64,000 bases of DNA from Prasinococcaceae sp. CCMP 1430 (GCA_013416795.1 RQSC01000006.1:1-64000); one strand, 5' to 3'. Positions 41,462 through 52,840 are shown, counted from the stretch's first letter. Numbers and translations: made by a program. Notes: generated from the sequence alone by a model not told the origin.

Positions 41462-42880
41462 ATGGCGCTTGCTGCGCTCAGCGAGCGCAGGCTGGCAGCG
41501 ACGTGCGCGAGCGGCGGGAGGGGCAAAGTGCGCAGGCAAGGCAAGGGGCGCGGTGGGCGCGGGAAGGGTCGCGGTGGCCGCGGCGGTGGGCGGAGCAAGG
41601 GCCGTGGTGGCGGCAGCGGCTTCAAGCCGTCGACCCCGCTTGAGCCGCTCAAGGCGTCGCGGCCGCCCAAGGGTGAGCTCAATGAGGACCTCAGCCTGGT
41701 GGAAGGATCGGAGTACACCAATGTCGTCCACATGGTCACAACGCGCAGCGAGATCCTCGCGCCCGAGGAGATGGCTCGCCCGGCGTCTTGGTCAACCTTC
41801 GCCAATTCTGCTGCCGGTGTATGGGTGGGGTCAACAGCCGCGTTCAACCCGCAGACTGGCGAGTCCGAGGACTTGTACTCGCGCCAGCCCGAGGCGTTCA
41901 CGATCACCATCGACCGCGTGGACCCAGTGCGCATGGGCTCCGGGGACGATGCGCCTGCACAGGAGGCCGTCGTGCGCCACGTGCTAAGGGAGATCGAGGG
42001 CCGCCCCAAGAAGGGCGCGCGGGGGAATGACGACGCCGACGAGGAGCTCGACGAGGAGCCGGACGTGGAGAGCGAGGAGCTGAGTGATCTCATCCTCGAC
42101 GAGGAGCCTGGGCTGATCTTCTTCGAGGACGGGAGCTACTCGCGCGGTCCGCTGGTGCTCGGAGCTGACACGGGGCGGCCTGATGACATCCCCGACGCGC
42201 CGGCATTCGAGACGACGCTCGTGAATCAGGGGCACACGCGCGTGCGCGTCGCATCCACGCTCGAGCTCAGCGCCGACCAGAACAGCGAGCCGCTCGCCGG
42301 CAGTGACGCCGACGGAGACGGCGCGCTGACCATGATCCGCACGACCGTCGTTCTCGAGGAGTGGATGAAGCCCTCGAAAGATGGCCTCAGCGAGGATGAC
42401 GAGGAGGCGCTTGAGAAGCTCGCTCCTGAGGAGGGGGCGCTGTCAGCGGGCGACTACCTCAACCCTGAGAATGTGTGTGGGACGTGGAAGGTTTTTACCC
42501 GCACGGCGACCGTGCTACCGGCGAGCAGTGACAGCCTGGACCTCGTGGACCCCAGCGGCGCAGGCGGACCACCCAAGGTCGTGATCGCGTACTCCACGGA
42601 GGAGACCGAGGTGGAGCGCAAGCCCGAGCTCTCGAGCGAGGGCGACATCGCATTGTGGCTCACGAGCGGTGTGCACGTCACTTTGGACTTCGAGGGCAGC
42701 AACTTGTGCTACCGCGTCGGATGGACGGCGCTGGACGGCCAGCGGCTCGAGGTGACGCGCGTGTACGACGCCGACAGCTGTGAGCTCCTCGAGGTGCGGC
42801 ACACGGACGAGATCAAGGGGAGCTGGGTCGGGGGGCGCATGGAGTCCAACGAGTGGCTCATGAAGTCGCCGGGCAAGTAG
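41462..42880 (+). CDS. DUF3598-like plastid/cyanobacterial protein (beta-barrel)
   Basis: Basic Gly/Arg-rich leader; WSTFANSAAGVWVGSTAAF, FFEDGSYSRGP and WLTSGVHV. Family call from motif recall. Confidence 0.6.
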   Translation: MALAALSERRLAATCASGGRGKVRRQGKGRGGRGKGRGGRGGGRSKGRGGGSGFKPSTPLEPLKASRPPKGELNEDLSLVEGSEYTNVVHMVTTRSEILAPEEMARPASWSTFANSAAGVWVGSTAAFNPQTGESEDLYSRQPEAFTITIDRVDPVRMGSGDDAPAQEAVVRHVLREIEGRPKKGARGNDDADEELDEEPDVESEELSDLILDEEPGLIFFEDGSYSRGPLVLGADTGRPDDIPDAPAFETTLVNQGHTRVRVASTLELSADQNSEPLAGSDADGDGALTMIRTTVVLEEWMKPSKDGLSEDDEEALEKLAPEEGALSAGDYLNPENVCGTWKVFTRTATVLPASSDSLDLVDPSGAGGPPKVVIAYSTEETEVERKPELSSEGDIALWLTSGVHVTLDFEGSNLCYRVGWTALDGQRLEVTRVYDADSCELLEVRHTDEIKGSWVGGRMESNEWLMKSPGK

Positions 42881-42966
42881 ACGCCGCAGAGCGGTAGGAC
42901 AGGAGTGCCGTGCTAATAATATTATCTGGTCAGCGCTTGCTTTCTGTCGTTGCCGCGTTGGCCCCT

Positions 42967-43389
42967 CTAGTACATGTAGATGCCCATGGCGACCGCCACG
43001 GCAAAGATGGATTCGTTCGAGAACGTCTCCGTGGCGTACGCGTCCGTCGACGCGTCCCAGAAGCAGCGGCAGCCCATTTTCACGCCCTCTCCGCGTTGCT
43101 CGCCAATCACCACCTGCACCACGAACTTGTATCTGTCCAGCTTGGGCTCCATTTCGCGAAGGCGCACCCTACACGCGGCGGAGCGTCAGCGTCAAAAGCG
43201 CGCACGGCCTACCAAGCGCCGCTGCGAGTGCGTGCGGGGGCGCACCAACACAGACACGGGCAGCCAGGAACAGCAACGCTGGCACGATCGCCAGTGCACG
43301 CTGTCACACACACGAGGGCGCGACGTGACGAGCGCATGCGCCCCAAGTCTGCCGACGTCGCACAGATCGCCGCACGCACACGCAAATGA

Positions 43390-43420
<31 letters not shown>

Positions 43421-43689
43421 GAGGGGGAGAGGGGGTGAGAGAGTTGGGGGAAAGGCGGGCGGGGGGGGGAGGGGAGGGAGACGTACTTGATCTCATCCGC
43501 AATCTCCCTGGTCCAAACAGACGTATCGTCTGCAGAGTACTGCGCTCCTGTGAGCTTGGCAGCAAGCACCTCGCGCATGACCTCGCCCGCCTTGACCGGC
43601 CTGAACCTGCGCCCGTTCGCCGGCTCGACAGGGTGCGCGCCGGCCGTGCCCGCGGCGGGGACGGCCGCGGCGACCTCGGCGCCGGCCAT
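42967..43689 (-). CDS. TCTEX1D2: Tctex1-family dynein light chain (TCTEX1D2/Tctex2b type)
   Basis: RFRP...YS...TREIADEIK joined by intron 43169-43486 to DRYKFVVQVVIGEQRGEGVKMGCRCFWDASTD. Confidence 0.9.
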
Positions 43690-44069
43690 CGCTCTCGGAT
43701 GCAGGCGCGCTCGCCGAGCTGAAGCGCCGTCGTCGGCGGCGGCGGGGGTGTTGTCGGGGGAGGCGGGGTCGGAGGCGGCGGCGCGGCTGGCGCGTGCGAC
43801 CACGCGGGCGGTGGTGACGCGGGCGAAGGGGGGAGGTGCGTGTACGCGTGCGCGCCTGCGCGCGTGCGCGTGCGTGCGCGTGCGCATACGCGTGCGTGCG
43901 CGTGCGCATACGCGTGCGTGCGCATGCGCACTCGGACGCAGACCTGCCTCGCTCCCGCCCGCGCATCCTCTGACGCGCTCGAGCACGCGCATGTGCTAAT
44001 CGCGCGCTCGCACACGCGCACACACGCGCGCGTGCACGCGCGCATGCTTGGACTCACGCGCTCCCGCAG

Positions 44070-44616
44070 GCACGTGTCGGTGCTGTCCGTGGACGGCGAG
44101 GTGTACGCCATCGACTCCATCTGCTACCACGCGGGCGGGCCGCTCGCCGTGGGGGACATCGAGGACGTCAACGGGCACCCGTGCGTGCTCTGCCCGTGGC
44201 ACCACTACAAGGTGCGTGTGCGCGCCTGGGGGAGCGGGGAAGGGTGTGTGTGCTTGTGTGTGTGTGTGTGTGTTGGTGTATGTGTGTGTGTGCACCGACG
44301 CCGCCAGTGCTGTGCGCTCATACCATACGCGTCGCGCACACACACACACACACGCACACACACACGCATACGCGCGTGCCTGTACACACTTACTCACACA
44401 CGCGCAAAACGAATGCCCACGCACGCCCGTCCGCAGGTGTCAGTCCGCACGGGCGAGAAGTGGTACCAGGCGGCCAAGTTCGTCGACGGCAAGCTGGTGC
44501 CCAGCGGCTGGGAGAGCGTCGGCGTGCGACAGCGCACGCACGCCGCGCGCGTGGACGCGGACACCGGCGACGTGTGGGTGAGGCTGCGCCTCGAGGGGGA
44601 GGTGCAGAGCGACAAG
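44070..44616 (+). CDS. Soluble Rieske [2Fe-2S] protein, RFESD-like (5' and 3' ends unresolved)
   Basis: CYHAGGPL...GDIED...CPWH Rieske ligands; intron 44212-44436; TGEKWYQ and RQRTH. Confidence 0.88.
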
Positions 44617-44820
44617 GTCCGTTTTGGGGAGGAGGAGGCGCCGGCGTGCTTGTACGCACACCCTTCCTCCCTCTGCATCTACGCCGTTCTCTGTCTCCGC
44701 CTTCGCCTCTGACACCCGCGTGCTCGTGTGCATTCCCCACATCACACACACGCTCACGCGCGTACGCACACGTACACACACGCACGTACACCCATACACC
44801 ATGCGCGCGCGCGCACGCAC

Positions 44821-44957
44821 GCGCTCTCGTCCAACGACATCAAGGTACGCGCGCGCGTCTGCTTGCACACGCTCACGCACACACACTCACACACCGAGAA
44901 CACACACACACACACACCGACACACACACACACACACACATGCACACACACACACAC

Positions 44958-44988
<31 letters not shown>

Positions 44989-45942
44989 TCCGCTGACGCT
45001 TGCATTCGCGCACGCCCGCCGCCTTGGCGCCCACCAGAACGGCATGGCCATCGAGGTGGACGGCCAGCCGTGCCAGGTGGTGGAGTTCCTGCACGTCAAG
45101 CCCGGCAAGGGCTCGGCCTTCGTGCGCACCAAGCTGCGCAACTACGTCACCGGCACCTCGAAGGACCACACCTTCCGCGCGGGCGAGCCGCTCACCGCCG
45201 CGGACGTCGACCGCTCCGATCAGCAGTACTCGTACCCCGAGGTGAGAATGCGCGCGAGCGCGTATGCACACGCGCACGCGCACATACACACGCACGTGCA
45301 CGCACACATGCGCATGCACACACACACACACGTGTACGCACACACACATGTGTGTGTGTGCGTACACACGCGCACGTGCGCGCACTCGCACGCTGGGCGA
45401 CTCACACACGGACGCACACACGCGCACACGCAAACGTGCACACGCGCGCGCGCAGGGCGACACGTACGTCTTCATGAACATGGAAACCTTCGACGAGACG
45501 CGCCTCCCCACCGACTCGCTGGGCAGCGCCGTCGACTACCTCATCGAGGGGATGGACGTCTCGGTGCTCACGTGGAACGGCAAGGTCATCGGGGTGGACC
45601 TGCCCAACACGGTGCAGCTCGAGATCGCGGAGACCGAGCCGGGCGTCAAGGTGCGTTGGGTGGCGAGAGAAAAAGAGGCAGGAGTGGGCGTGTTTACGTG
45701 CGCATGCGTGCGCTGGCGAACTTAAGCACACCTACACGCACGCGTGCTCAGGATCTGACGCATGCATCACACACACACACACACATCTAACACGCAAACA
45801 GGGCAACTCGGCGACGGGCGCCGAGAAGGACGCCACGCTGGTCACCGGCAAGCGGCTGCGCGTGCCGCTCTTCCTCAACGAGGGCGACGTCGTCGAGGTG
45901 GACACGCGCGACGGCAAGTACCTCAAGCGCATCAGCTCGTGA
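44821..45942 (+). CDS. efp: Organellar (probably plastid) elongation factor P; transit-peptide exon not found
   Basis: SSNDIK|NGMAIEVDG...EFLHVKPGKGSAFVRTKLRNY; YVFMNMETFDE, PGVK|GNSA and VPLFLNEGD...VDTRDGKY; introns 44845-45037, 45242-45455 and 45651-45801. Confidence 0.93.
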
Positions 45943-46429
45943 GCGGCTCGGCCGGTGGCGCGCAGTAAGCATGCATGGATGGGGCTGTGCTTGGCTGTCC
46001 GGTGGGGTGTGCGCGCGTGCATGCGTCCGTCCGCGTGCATGCGTGCGCGCTTGTGCGTGTGCGTGCGTATGTGTGTGATTGCGCGTGCGGGCGTGTGCGT
46101 GAGAGCGCGCATCCGTGTGCCCGTGGGCGCATGCACGCGAGCACCCGAATGTACATGGAAGGACGACGGGAGGAATTACACAGCCTGAGCTGCGCTGAAG
46201 ATGTGCGAGCGTCGTAGGAAAGTCAATTCTTTGAGGCGAGATCGTTCCGTGTGAGTGTCATCAAGCGTTGTATCCGTTCATGCATCGTTGGTCGCTTGGC
46301 TCTCTCGCTTGGTGCCACGGAGTGTCGGTGGCGCTTGCAGTCTTGCATGTTGACATTTTGTAAACAAGTACGTGCATTGTGTCTGCAGCGACAACGTTGC
46401 ACTCAATGATTCTGGAAGTAGAGATCGAT

Positions 46430-47083
46430 CTACGGTCCGCGAGATGTGGAAGCGTGCGACCGCAGCACCTCAACGCAGCGCTCGTGGCCCTCGCTGTGGC
46501 CATCGCTTGCGTTCACGAGCGCGCGAGCCCAATCGACATCAGTCAAGCGCGGCCATTCCTGGCCGTCGTTCTTGCGCGCCTTGTCGACGTATCCGTCGTA
46601 TCCCCCAAGCAGTGTTGCATCGGCGCCGGCATCGAGCTTCTCGAGCAGCAGTTGCAAACAAGCATCCGAGTCATTCTCTGCAGCACATGCCATTGCACAC
46701 GGGTATTGAGCGTGAGTGAGAACATGGGTAACCCGGAGATGGTCCTCGCGAAGCAGATGCTGCAGCGCGTGAAGGCGTCCACTTTGTACGACATCCAGCA
46801 GGCACTCGTCATCAAGCAAAGCCGCGAGCTCGCGTGCCTCGGCACGGGCCTTGGCGACCTCGTCGGCATTCACGCCAACGGCTCGAGTAACGAGCAAGAG
46901 GGCTTGGCGCATCGTCTCGGCACGTGCCACCGTCGATGCCTCGGCGCCATTGGAGGCGCCTGCAGCCGCAGGCGCAGGCATGACATTCTCTTCTCGCGGC
47001 GCGACCGCAGAGTTCTCCCCCGTCCCGGGCGTGTCTCGACGCCGCGTCTTCCGCTCGCGCCCGCCCGCGTCACCGCTTGCCAT
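46430..47083 (-). CDS. Small protein with degenerate ankyrin-like repeats
   Basis: ATG 47083; LLDVVQSGRLHALQHLL, AMACAAENDSDACLQLLLE and ALVNASDGHSEGHERCVEVL. Confidence 0.55.
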   Translation of the reverse strand: MASGDAGGRERKTRRRDTPGTGENSAVAPREENVMPAPAAAGASNGAEASTVARAETMRQALLLVTRAVGVNADEVAKARAEARELAALLDDECLLDVVQSGRLHALQHLLREDHLRVTHVLTHAQYPCAMACAAENDSDACLQLLLEKLDAGADATLLGGYDGYVDKARKNDGQEWPRLTDVDWARALVNASDGHSEGHERCVEVLRSHASTSRGP

Positions 47084-47362
47084 CGCGGCCACCTGAGACG
47101 GGGCGATCGCACGCGTCGCGACGGGCCTGCGTCCGCCCCCGCCACCGCGCGCGTTCCCCGGCGCCTCGCGCCAGCGAGCGCCGGTTTTGGCCCGCCGCGA
47201 TTCCAGAACCCGCACGGCCGGCCACAGAATCCACCGCACGCGGGTGCCTGCCCAGGCGTATAGGTTTTGATGGGGTTTCGGTTCTGCTGTGGCGGCGCCG
47301 CGCCGCTCCAAGCCAGCCAGCGCGCGGTCCGATTTGACCACAGGTTGAAAAGTGTACACATG

Positions 47363-50314
47363 TTACATGCGCCCGCGCTTCTTGAAGAGCGCGTGGCGCT
47401 TCCTCTCCTTCTCCTTGCCCTTGTCGCCGCCAGTGCCGTACTCCATGTAGCGCATGCCCGCCCCGCCCGACAGGGCGGCCATATTGCCGACAGCGCGCCT
47501 GGCCTTGGGCGCCGGCTTCGCGGTTGCTGCGGCGAGCGCTCTGCCGCCCTGCTCGACGAGGTCGTCCGCCCCATGCGGGATGGTCTCGATGCCCGTCTCA
47601 TCGGCGCGCGCCGCGAGAAGCTTCTTCAGAACATCCGTCTCCATTTGCGACCCGGCGACTGCTCCAGACGAGGCCTCGCCCAGGTCGGTGATGACTTTGA
47701 AGGCGTAGCCCTGGTCGATGAGGAATTGCTGCCTGCGCGCCGAGTACACCATCTCTGCGGTGTCCTTCGACACAAGCGAGTAGAAGAAGGCGTTGTACTC
47801 GTCCTTGCGGGTGTTGGCCTTGGCGCGCAAGATGCGCCCCAGGCGCTGCGCCTCCTGCCGGCGGCTGCCCGCGTGCGACGAAATCTGGATGATGACGTTC
47901 GCCTCCGGGATGTCAATGGAGTTGTCACCCACCTTGGACAGGAAAATGGTGTTCACCTCGTTGGAGTGCTTGAAAGCGTACAGGATGCGGTTGCGCTCAT
48001 GCAGAGGCGTTGGGCCGTAGATGTACGGCTTGCGCATGGCTATGGCGTACTCCTTGAGGGCATAGACGTTGTCCGAAAAGACAATGACCTTGTCGCCGCA
48101 CTGCTGCTCGTGGTAGCGTACCAGGAACTCGGCTGCCGCGTACTTGTTGGGATTCATCACGTACAGGGCCTGCTGCAGTTGCGAGTACTCCTTGCTCATG
48201 TAGGCCCGGTAGAAACGCGGGGTCATCTCACACCAGACCTCGACACACTGCACGCGTGCGATGTACCCGTTCTCCTGGAGGTCGAGCCAGTTCGCCTCGT
48301 AGAGCTTTGGCCCGATGAGGAAGTTCAGGTCAGCGATGAGCTCATCCTCGCGCACGAGGGTGGCCGTGAGGCCCAGTTTGCAGTGCGCCTTCGTGATGCC
48401 AATCACCTTGCGGAACATGTGCGCGGGCACGACGTGCACCTCGTCCAGCACCATGAGGCCCCACTCGCGGCTGGTGATGGCCTCCATGACTTTCTGCGCT
48501 TCCTCGGACCGTCTGCCAGAGAAAGCGACCATGTTGTAGGTCGTGACGGTGACACCAGCGTCGCCCGTCCACATTTCCTTGCTCTCGCTGATAAAGCGGC
48601 TGATGTTCTTGTCTTGAATCGTGCTCCAGAGCTTGAACTGCATCCGCCACTGGTCCACGCTCACGCTGCTCGTGCATAGCACCAGGATGCTCTTGCGCAC
48701 GCGACACGCTGCCGCAACGCCCGTCAGCGACTTGCCGGCGCCGCACGGCAGCACGATGATGCCGGACCGAGCGCGCCCATTGCCAAACATCTTAGCGAGC
48801 GACTTCTCCTGGTACGGTCGGAGCTGAGCCATGGGCTTCAGGTCCATGTTGAGGTCCTTGTTTACGGTGTCGTTCTGGAAGTCGTACTCCTCCATCATGG
48901 GGTAGTTCAGCGCGCTCGGGAGGCAGCGCGCCTTCACGTGCTCGACCTCAGACGCCTCAATCTCGAAGCTGTGCATCTCGGCGGGCTGCGAAGGCTGTAC
49001 GACCGGCACGGCGGGCGGCACAGCCGCGTCCTGCGCTCCGGTGCCACCGACGCCCGGCCCCGCTTTACCGCCGGCTGCCCCCGCGGCGGCCTTGGCGGCG
49101 GCCTCGGCCTCGATTTCGGCTTGCTGCTCGTCGGTGATGAGCCCAGCAGCCGCCTCTCTAAGCGGCAATTGCGCAGGGGCAGCTGTCGTGAGGAACCCTC
49201 CCTCGGCATCGCCGAATGCCACCGCTGCATCGCCTGTCAACGATGCCGCGAGCGCCCCATCTACCTGCGCGCTCGCCCGGGCGGTCGGCGTGACCTCCTG
49301 CGCACGGTCGAGCTCCTCAAGCGGCATCACGCGTGCACCTCGGATGACGTCATCCTCCAGCAGCTTTCGGAGCACCTCTGGGTCCTCCGACTCGACGAAG
49401 AATTTGTTCTGTTTAAGTACGAGCTTGACTTTGCCATAGTTCTCCGTAGACTCTCGGATGAAGTCCACCACCTCGGCAGGGAGCTCATTCTTGCTCAGGC
49501 GGTTCAGCACGGTGATGATGGTGTGCGTCTCGAGGCCCACAGACACCGCCGCATACAGCGAGTGCGGTGTGAGCTTGTACTCGTGCATCGCCTCCGGCCG
49601 GCACACCGGCTCGGCGACAGCGATCATGAAGTCGTACGCCTGGCGGTACACGGCCGAGAACGTCTCCAAGAAGACGCGCCCGTCGCTGCACACCCACAGA
49701 GGCCTGTTCGCGTGGTCGGGCTTCAGCAACAGGCCAGAGAAGTTCTGAAAGCCCAGGAGCGCATCTTCGTCCTCGCCGTCGCTGATCATCTCCTCGCACT
49801 CGTCTAGGTGGCCGTCCTCGGCCTCCACGTCGGCATCGCCGAGTGGCGCCTCCTCTACGCCCAGCCCGCCAATGCGCGCCTTGGCGGCGGCATGCCGAAC
49901 TCGGCGCGCGCGCTCCTCGGCCTCCTTCTCCTCCTTTTCCTTCTTAGCCCGCATGGCCTCGCGGAACGCGGCCTTTGCGTCGCCTGCACCCGCTGTCTTC
50001 AGCTTGAGCGTGAGCTTCGGCCGCGCTGGGGCACCACCCTCGCCGGCCCGCGCGACGGGCGCCCCGCCCGGCAGCGCCCGCGCCGCAGCAGGTGCTCCCG
50101 CTTCGGGGGCAGCCTGCGCTGGCGGTTCCTCCGGCTCGCAGTCGGAGTCCTCCAGTCCCGCATCGTGGGCGCCATCGTCCCGGCCCTCCCCCCTCCCCTC
50201 TGCGATGGCTCCGCCCGCTTTGAGCTTGAGCCGCACACGCTTCACCGGCGCTCCTCCGCCGCCCGTGCCGCCGCCGTCGAGCGCGCGCTTGGTGCCCGCG
50301 CCGCCGCCGCCCAT
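47363..50314 (-). CDS. XPB: TFIIH helicase/translocase XPB (ERCC3/SSL2)
   Basis: LKPDHANRPLWV, YKLTPHSLYAA, LRPYQEKSL, VLPCGAGKS, DEVH, GLTATLVRED and GSRRQEAQRLGRILR; intronless from ATG 50314. Confidence 0.97.
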   Translation of the reverse strand: MGGGGAGTKRALDGGGTGGGGAPVKRVRLKLKAGGAIAEGRGEGRDDGAHDAGLEDSDCEPEEPPAQAAPEAGAPAAARALPGGAPVARAGEGGAPARPKLTLKLKTAGAGDAKAAFREAMRAKKEKEEKEAEERARRVRHAAAKARIGGLGVEEAPLGDADVEAEDGHLDECEEMISDGEDEDALLGFQNFSGLLLKPDHANRPLWVCSDGRVFLETFSAVYRQAYDFMIAVAEPVCRPEAMHEYKLTPHSLYAAVSVGLETHTIITVLNRLSKNELPAEVVDFIRESTENYGKVKLVLKQNKFFVESEDPEVLRKLLEDDVIRGARVMPLEELDRAQEVTPTARASAQVDGALAASLTGDAAVAFGDAEGGFLTTAAPAQLPLREAAAGLITDEQQAEIEAEAAAKAAAGAAGGKAGPGVGGTGAQDAAVPPAVPVVQPSQPAEMHSFEIEASEVEHVKARCLPSALNYPMMEEYDFQNDTVNKDLNMDLKPMAQLRPYQEKSLAKMFGNGRARSGIIVLPCGAGKSLTGVAAACRVRKSILVLCTSSVSVDQWRMQFKLWSTIQDKNISRFISESKEMWTGDAGVTVTTYNMVAFSGRRSEEAQKVMEAITSREWGLMVLDEVHVVPAHMFRKVIGITKAHCKLGLTATLVREDELIADLNFLIGPKLYEANWLDLQENGYIARVQCVEVWCEMTPRFYRAYMSKEYSQLQQALYVMNPNKYAAAEFLVRYHEQQCGDKVIVFSDNVYALKEYAIAMRKPYIYGPTPLHERNRILYAFKHSNEVNTIFLSKVGDNSIDIPEANVIIQISSHAGSRRQEAQRLGRILRAKANTRKDEYNAFFYSLVSKDTAEMVYSARRQQFLIDQGYAFKVITDLGEASSGAVAGSQMETDVLKKLLAARADETGIETIPHGADDLVEQGGRALAAATAKPAPKARRAVGNMAALSGGAGMRYMEYGTGGDKGKEKERKRHALFKKRGRM

Positions 50315-50833
50315 GCCGCGCGCTGGACAAACAGGACAAACACGCAGGCTCGTCGACGCCCCCACCCCCCACCCCCCCTGCCTCGTGGAGAGGGGGGGGC
50401 GAGGGCCGCGCCACGCGCGCCGTGTGGCGGCGCGCACCGCGCGAGCGCGCCCGCCGCCCGGCCCCGACCGCCGCCGCCGCCGCCGCCTCCCCGGGTCGTT
50501 TCCCAATTCGAGCGCCCGCTTCGACGCGACCGCTCGCGCGCGCGCGCCACCAAAAACCGAATCAAACGCCGGTACGACGCGGCGATGTGGCAGGGGAATT
50601 GAAGATCCAGAAGCTTCCTGTTGCTCGATTGAACCACACGGATTGACCTCACCTCAGCCACAGCTGGTGTTTCTCATGTCCTGGCTGACTGATCAGTGAT
50701 CATCGGTTCCATCAAGTTGCATGGCTCATGCCATGTCCTGACTCTCCCGTGTGTGGGTGTGAGCGGGAGCGGGCGCCGCGGCGCGCGCGCGCGATCGGCG
50801 CGGACGATCGGCCGCGGTTTCGCCCCGGCGGGG

Positions 50834-52840
50834 ATGGGATCCCGCCTGGTCGTGAGTGGGCCGACGCGCGTCAGCGGCGTTCGATGCCTGCGCTGCACCC
50901 CGCCTTGGGGCGAACCGCGCGCGCGAGCACGCCAGCGCTTGCTCGCCGCGATCTGCTGCGCGTGAGGCTGACGCGCGGCGCGCGCGGCCTCGTGTGCTCC
51001 CAGGTGGTCCTCGCGGCGTCCATCGTCAACAAGTCGGGCAAGGGTACGCGCGCGCGTGCGCGCCTCTGCGCGCATCTGCGCGCCGCCGCCGCCCTGGCCA
51101 CGGCGCCACACCGCATGCGAAGGCGCTATGCCCTCCAATGCTTTTCGCTTAGGGTTCGTTTTCGTATGCGGCCCAGGGGCGGGCGCCGCGAGCCGCGGTG
51201 TTGGCAGCGGTCGTGTCTGCGCGCGCAGTCTGCGCCCGGGCGTGACTGCGGCGCCCTGGCCGCATCCTTCTGACCCACGGCGCGCTGCTCACCCCTTCTT
51301 GCGCTGCGGAACAGCCCTGGTGAGCCGTCAGTTCGTGGACATGACGCGCATTCGCATCGAGGGGCTGCTCGCTGCCTTCCCCAAGCTCGTGGGGACGGGC
51401 AAGCAGCACACGTACGTCGAGACCGACAATGTGCGGTACGTGTACCAGCCGCTGGAGGGAATCTACCTGGTGCTGGTGACGAACAAGCAGTCCAACATCC
51501 TCGAGGACCTCGAGACGCTGCGCCTGCTGTCGAAGCTCGTGCCCGAGTACTGCGGCGCGTCCGACGAGGAGAGTGTTGTCGCTGGCGCCTTCGACCTCAT
51601 CTTCGCGTTCGACGAGGCGATCTCCATGGGGCTCAAGGAGAATGTCACCGTGCCGCAGGTGCACTCGTTTACTGAGATGGACTCTCACGAGGAGAAGCTG
51701 CACAAGATGATCCTCGAGTCCAAGGTCAACGAGACGCGCCAGCAGATGAAGGCGAAGGCGCTCGAGATCGACAAGTCCAAGGTGGAGCAGAAGCTGGGCG
51801 GCGGCATAGGCGGGATCGGCTCGCAGGGCATGGGGGGCAGCAACTTCAACACCGGGATGGAGGATCCGTTTGCGAGCATGGCGCCGCCTTCGCGGCCGCC
51901 GCCCATGGATTCGAGCTTCGGGGGTATGGGGGGGTCGGGCATGGGGGGCTCGCGTGGTGGGGGCAGCAGTGGCGGCGGGCGGGCGGCGCCCGCCAAGGGG
52001 CTCAAGCTTGGGGCGAAGAAAGGTGCCAACGCGTTCTTGGATGCGCTCAAGGCGGACACGGTGGACCTCGCGGCGGAGGAGGCCAGCACCGCCGGTGCTG
52101 TGGCTCCGCAGGACCCCATTTGCATCACGGTGCAGGAACACGTGTCGGTTGAGATGTCGCGCGACGGCGCACTCAACTCGATGGAGGTGCAGGGCACGAT
52201 GACGCTGGAGGTGAACAATGAGGACGAGGCGTGTGTGCGTGTGCACCTCGCGCAGGGCGAGGCGTGTGCCGGCTTCCAGATGAAGACGCATCCTAACATC
52301 GACAAGGCGCTCTTCAACGGGGAGGGCATCCTGGGCCTCAAGCAGCCCGACCGCCCCTTCCCTACTGGCACCGCGCTGGGCGTGCTGAAGTGGAGGAAGC
52401 AGACGCAGGACGAGTCTGAGGTGCCGCTGACCATCAACTGCTGGCCAAGCGTGAGCGGCTCGGAGACGTACGTGAACGTCGAGTATGAGAGCGATGGCAC
52501 TCGCGACCTGCACAACACAGTGATTGCCATTCCGATGCCACCGTGCCGCGACCCGCCCAACGTGACGCAGGTGGACGGCGACTACCGCTTCGACGCGCGC
52601 CAGGGGGTCCTGTTCTGGGACGTCGGCCTCGTGGATGCGAGCAACACGACGGGTTCGATGGAGATCGTCCTGGCCACCCAGGCGGACGAGTCATCCGTCT
52701 TCCCTATTCAGGTCAACTTCGACTCGGCGTCTACCTTCGTGGACCTTGCCGTCACGCAGGTGCTGTCGACGGCTGACGATACGCCCACCAAGTACGGTGG
52801 CTCCACGAAGGTGGTCGTCGACTCCTACGAGATCGTCTGA
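50834..52840 (+). CDS. ARCN1: Coatomer subunit delta (COPI)
   Basis: VVLAASIVNKSGK|ALVSRQFVDMTRIRIEGLLAAFPKL, SNILEDLETL, MDSHEE, KTHPNIDK and PLTINCWPS; introns ~50852-51003 and 51044-51314. Confidence 0.95.

Larger units (their letters stand above)
43389..46130. repeat. Cluster of (CA)n/(TG)n/(CG)-alternating microsatellite tracts filling introns and 3' flank
   Basis: Tracts at ~43389-43417, 43840-43930, 44240-44400, 44740-44990, 45260-45450, 45765-45785 and 46010-46130. Confidence 0.9.

Noticed and set aside
43577-43835. Transit-peptide-like plus-strand ORF (MTSPALTG...) overlapping TCTEX1D2 exon 1 as the Rieske 5' exon
   Set aside because: The donor at 43836 is phase 1 in that frame while the acceptor at 44069 needs phase 2, and the ORF is the in-register antisense of TCTEX1D2.
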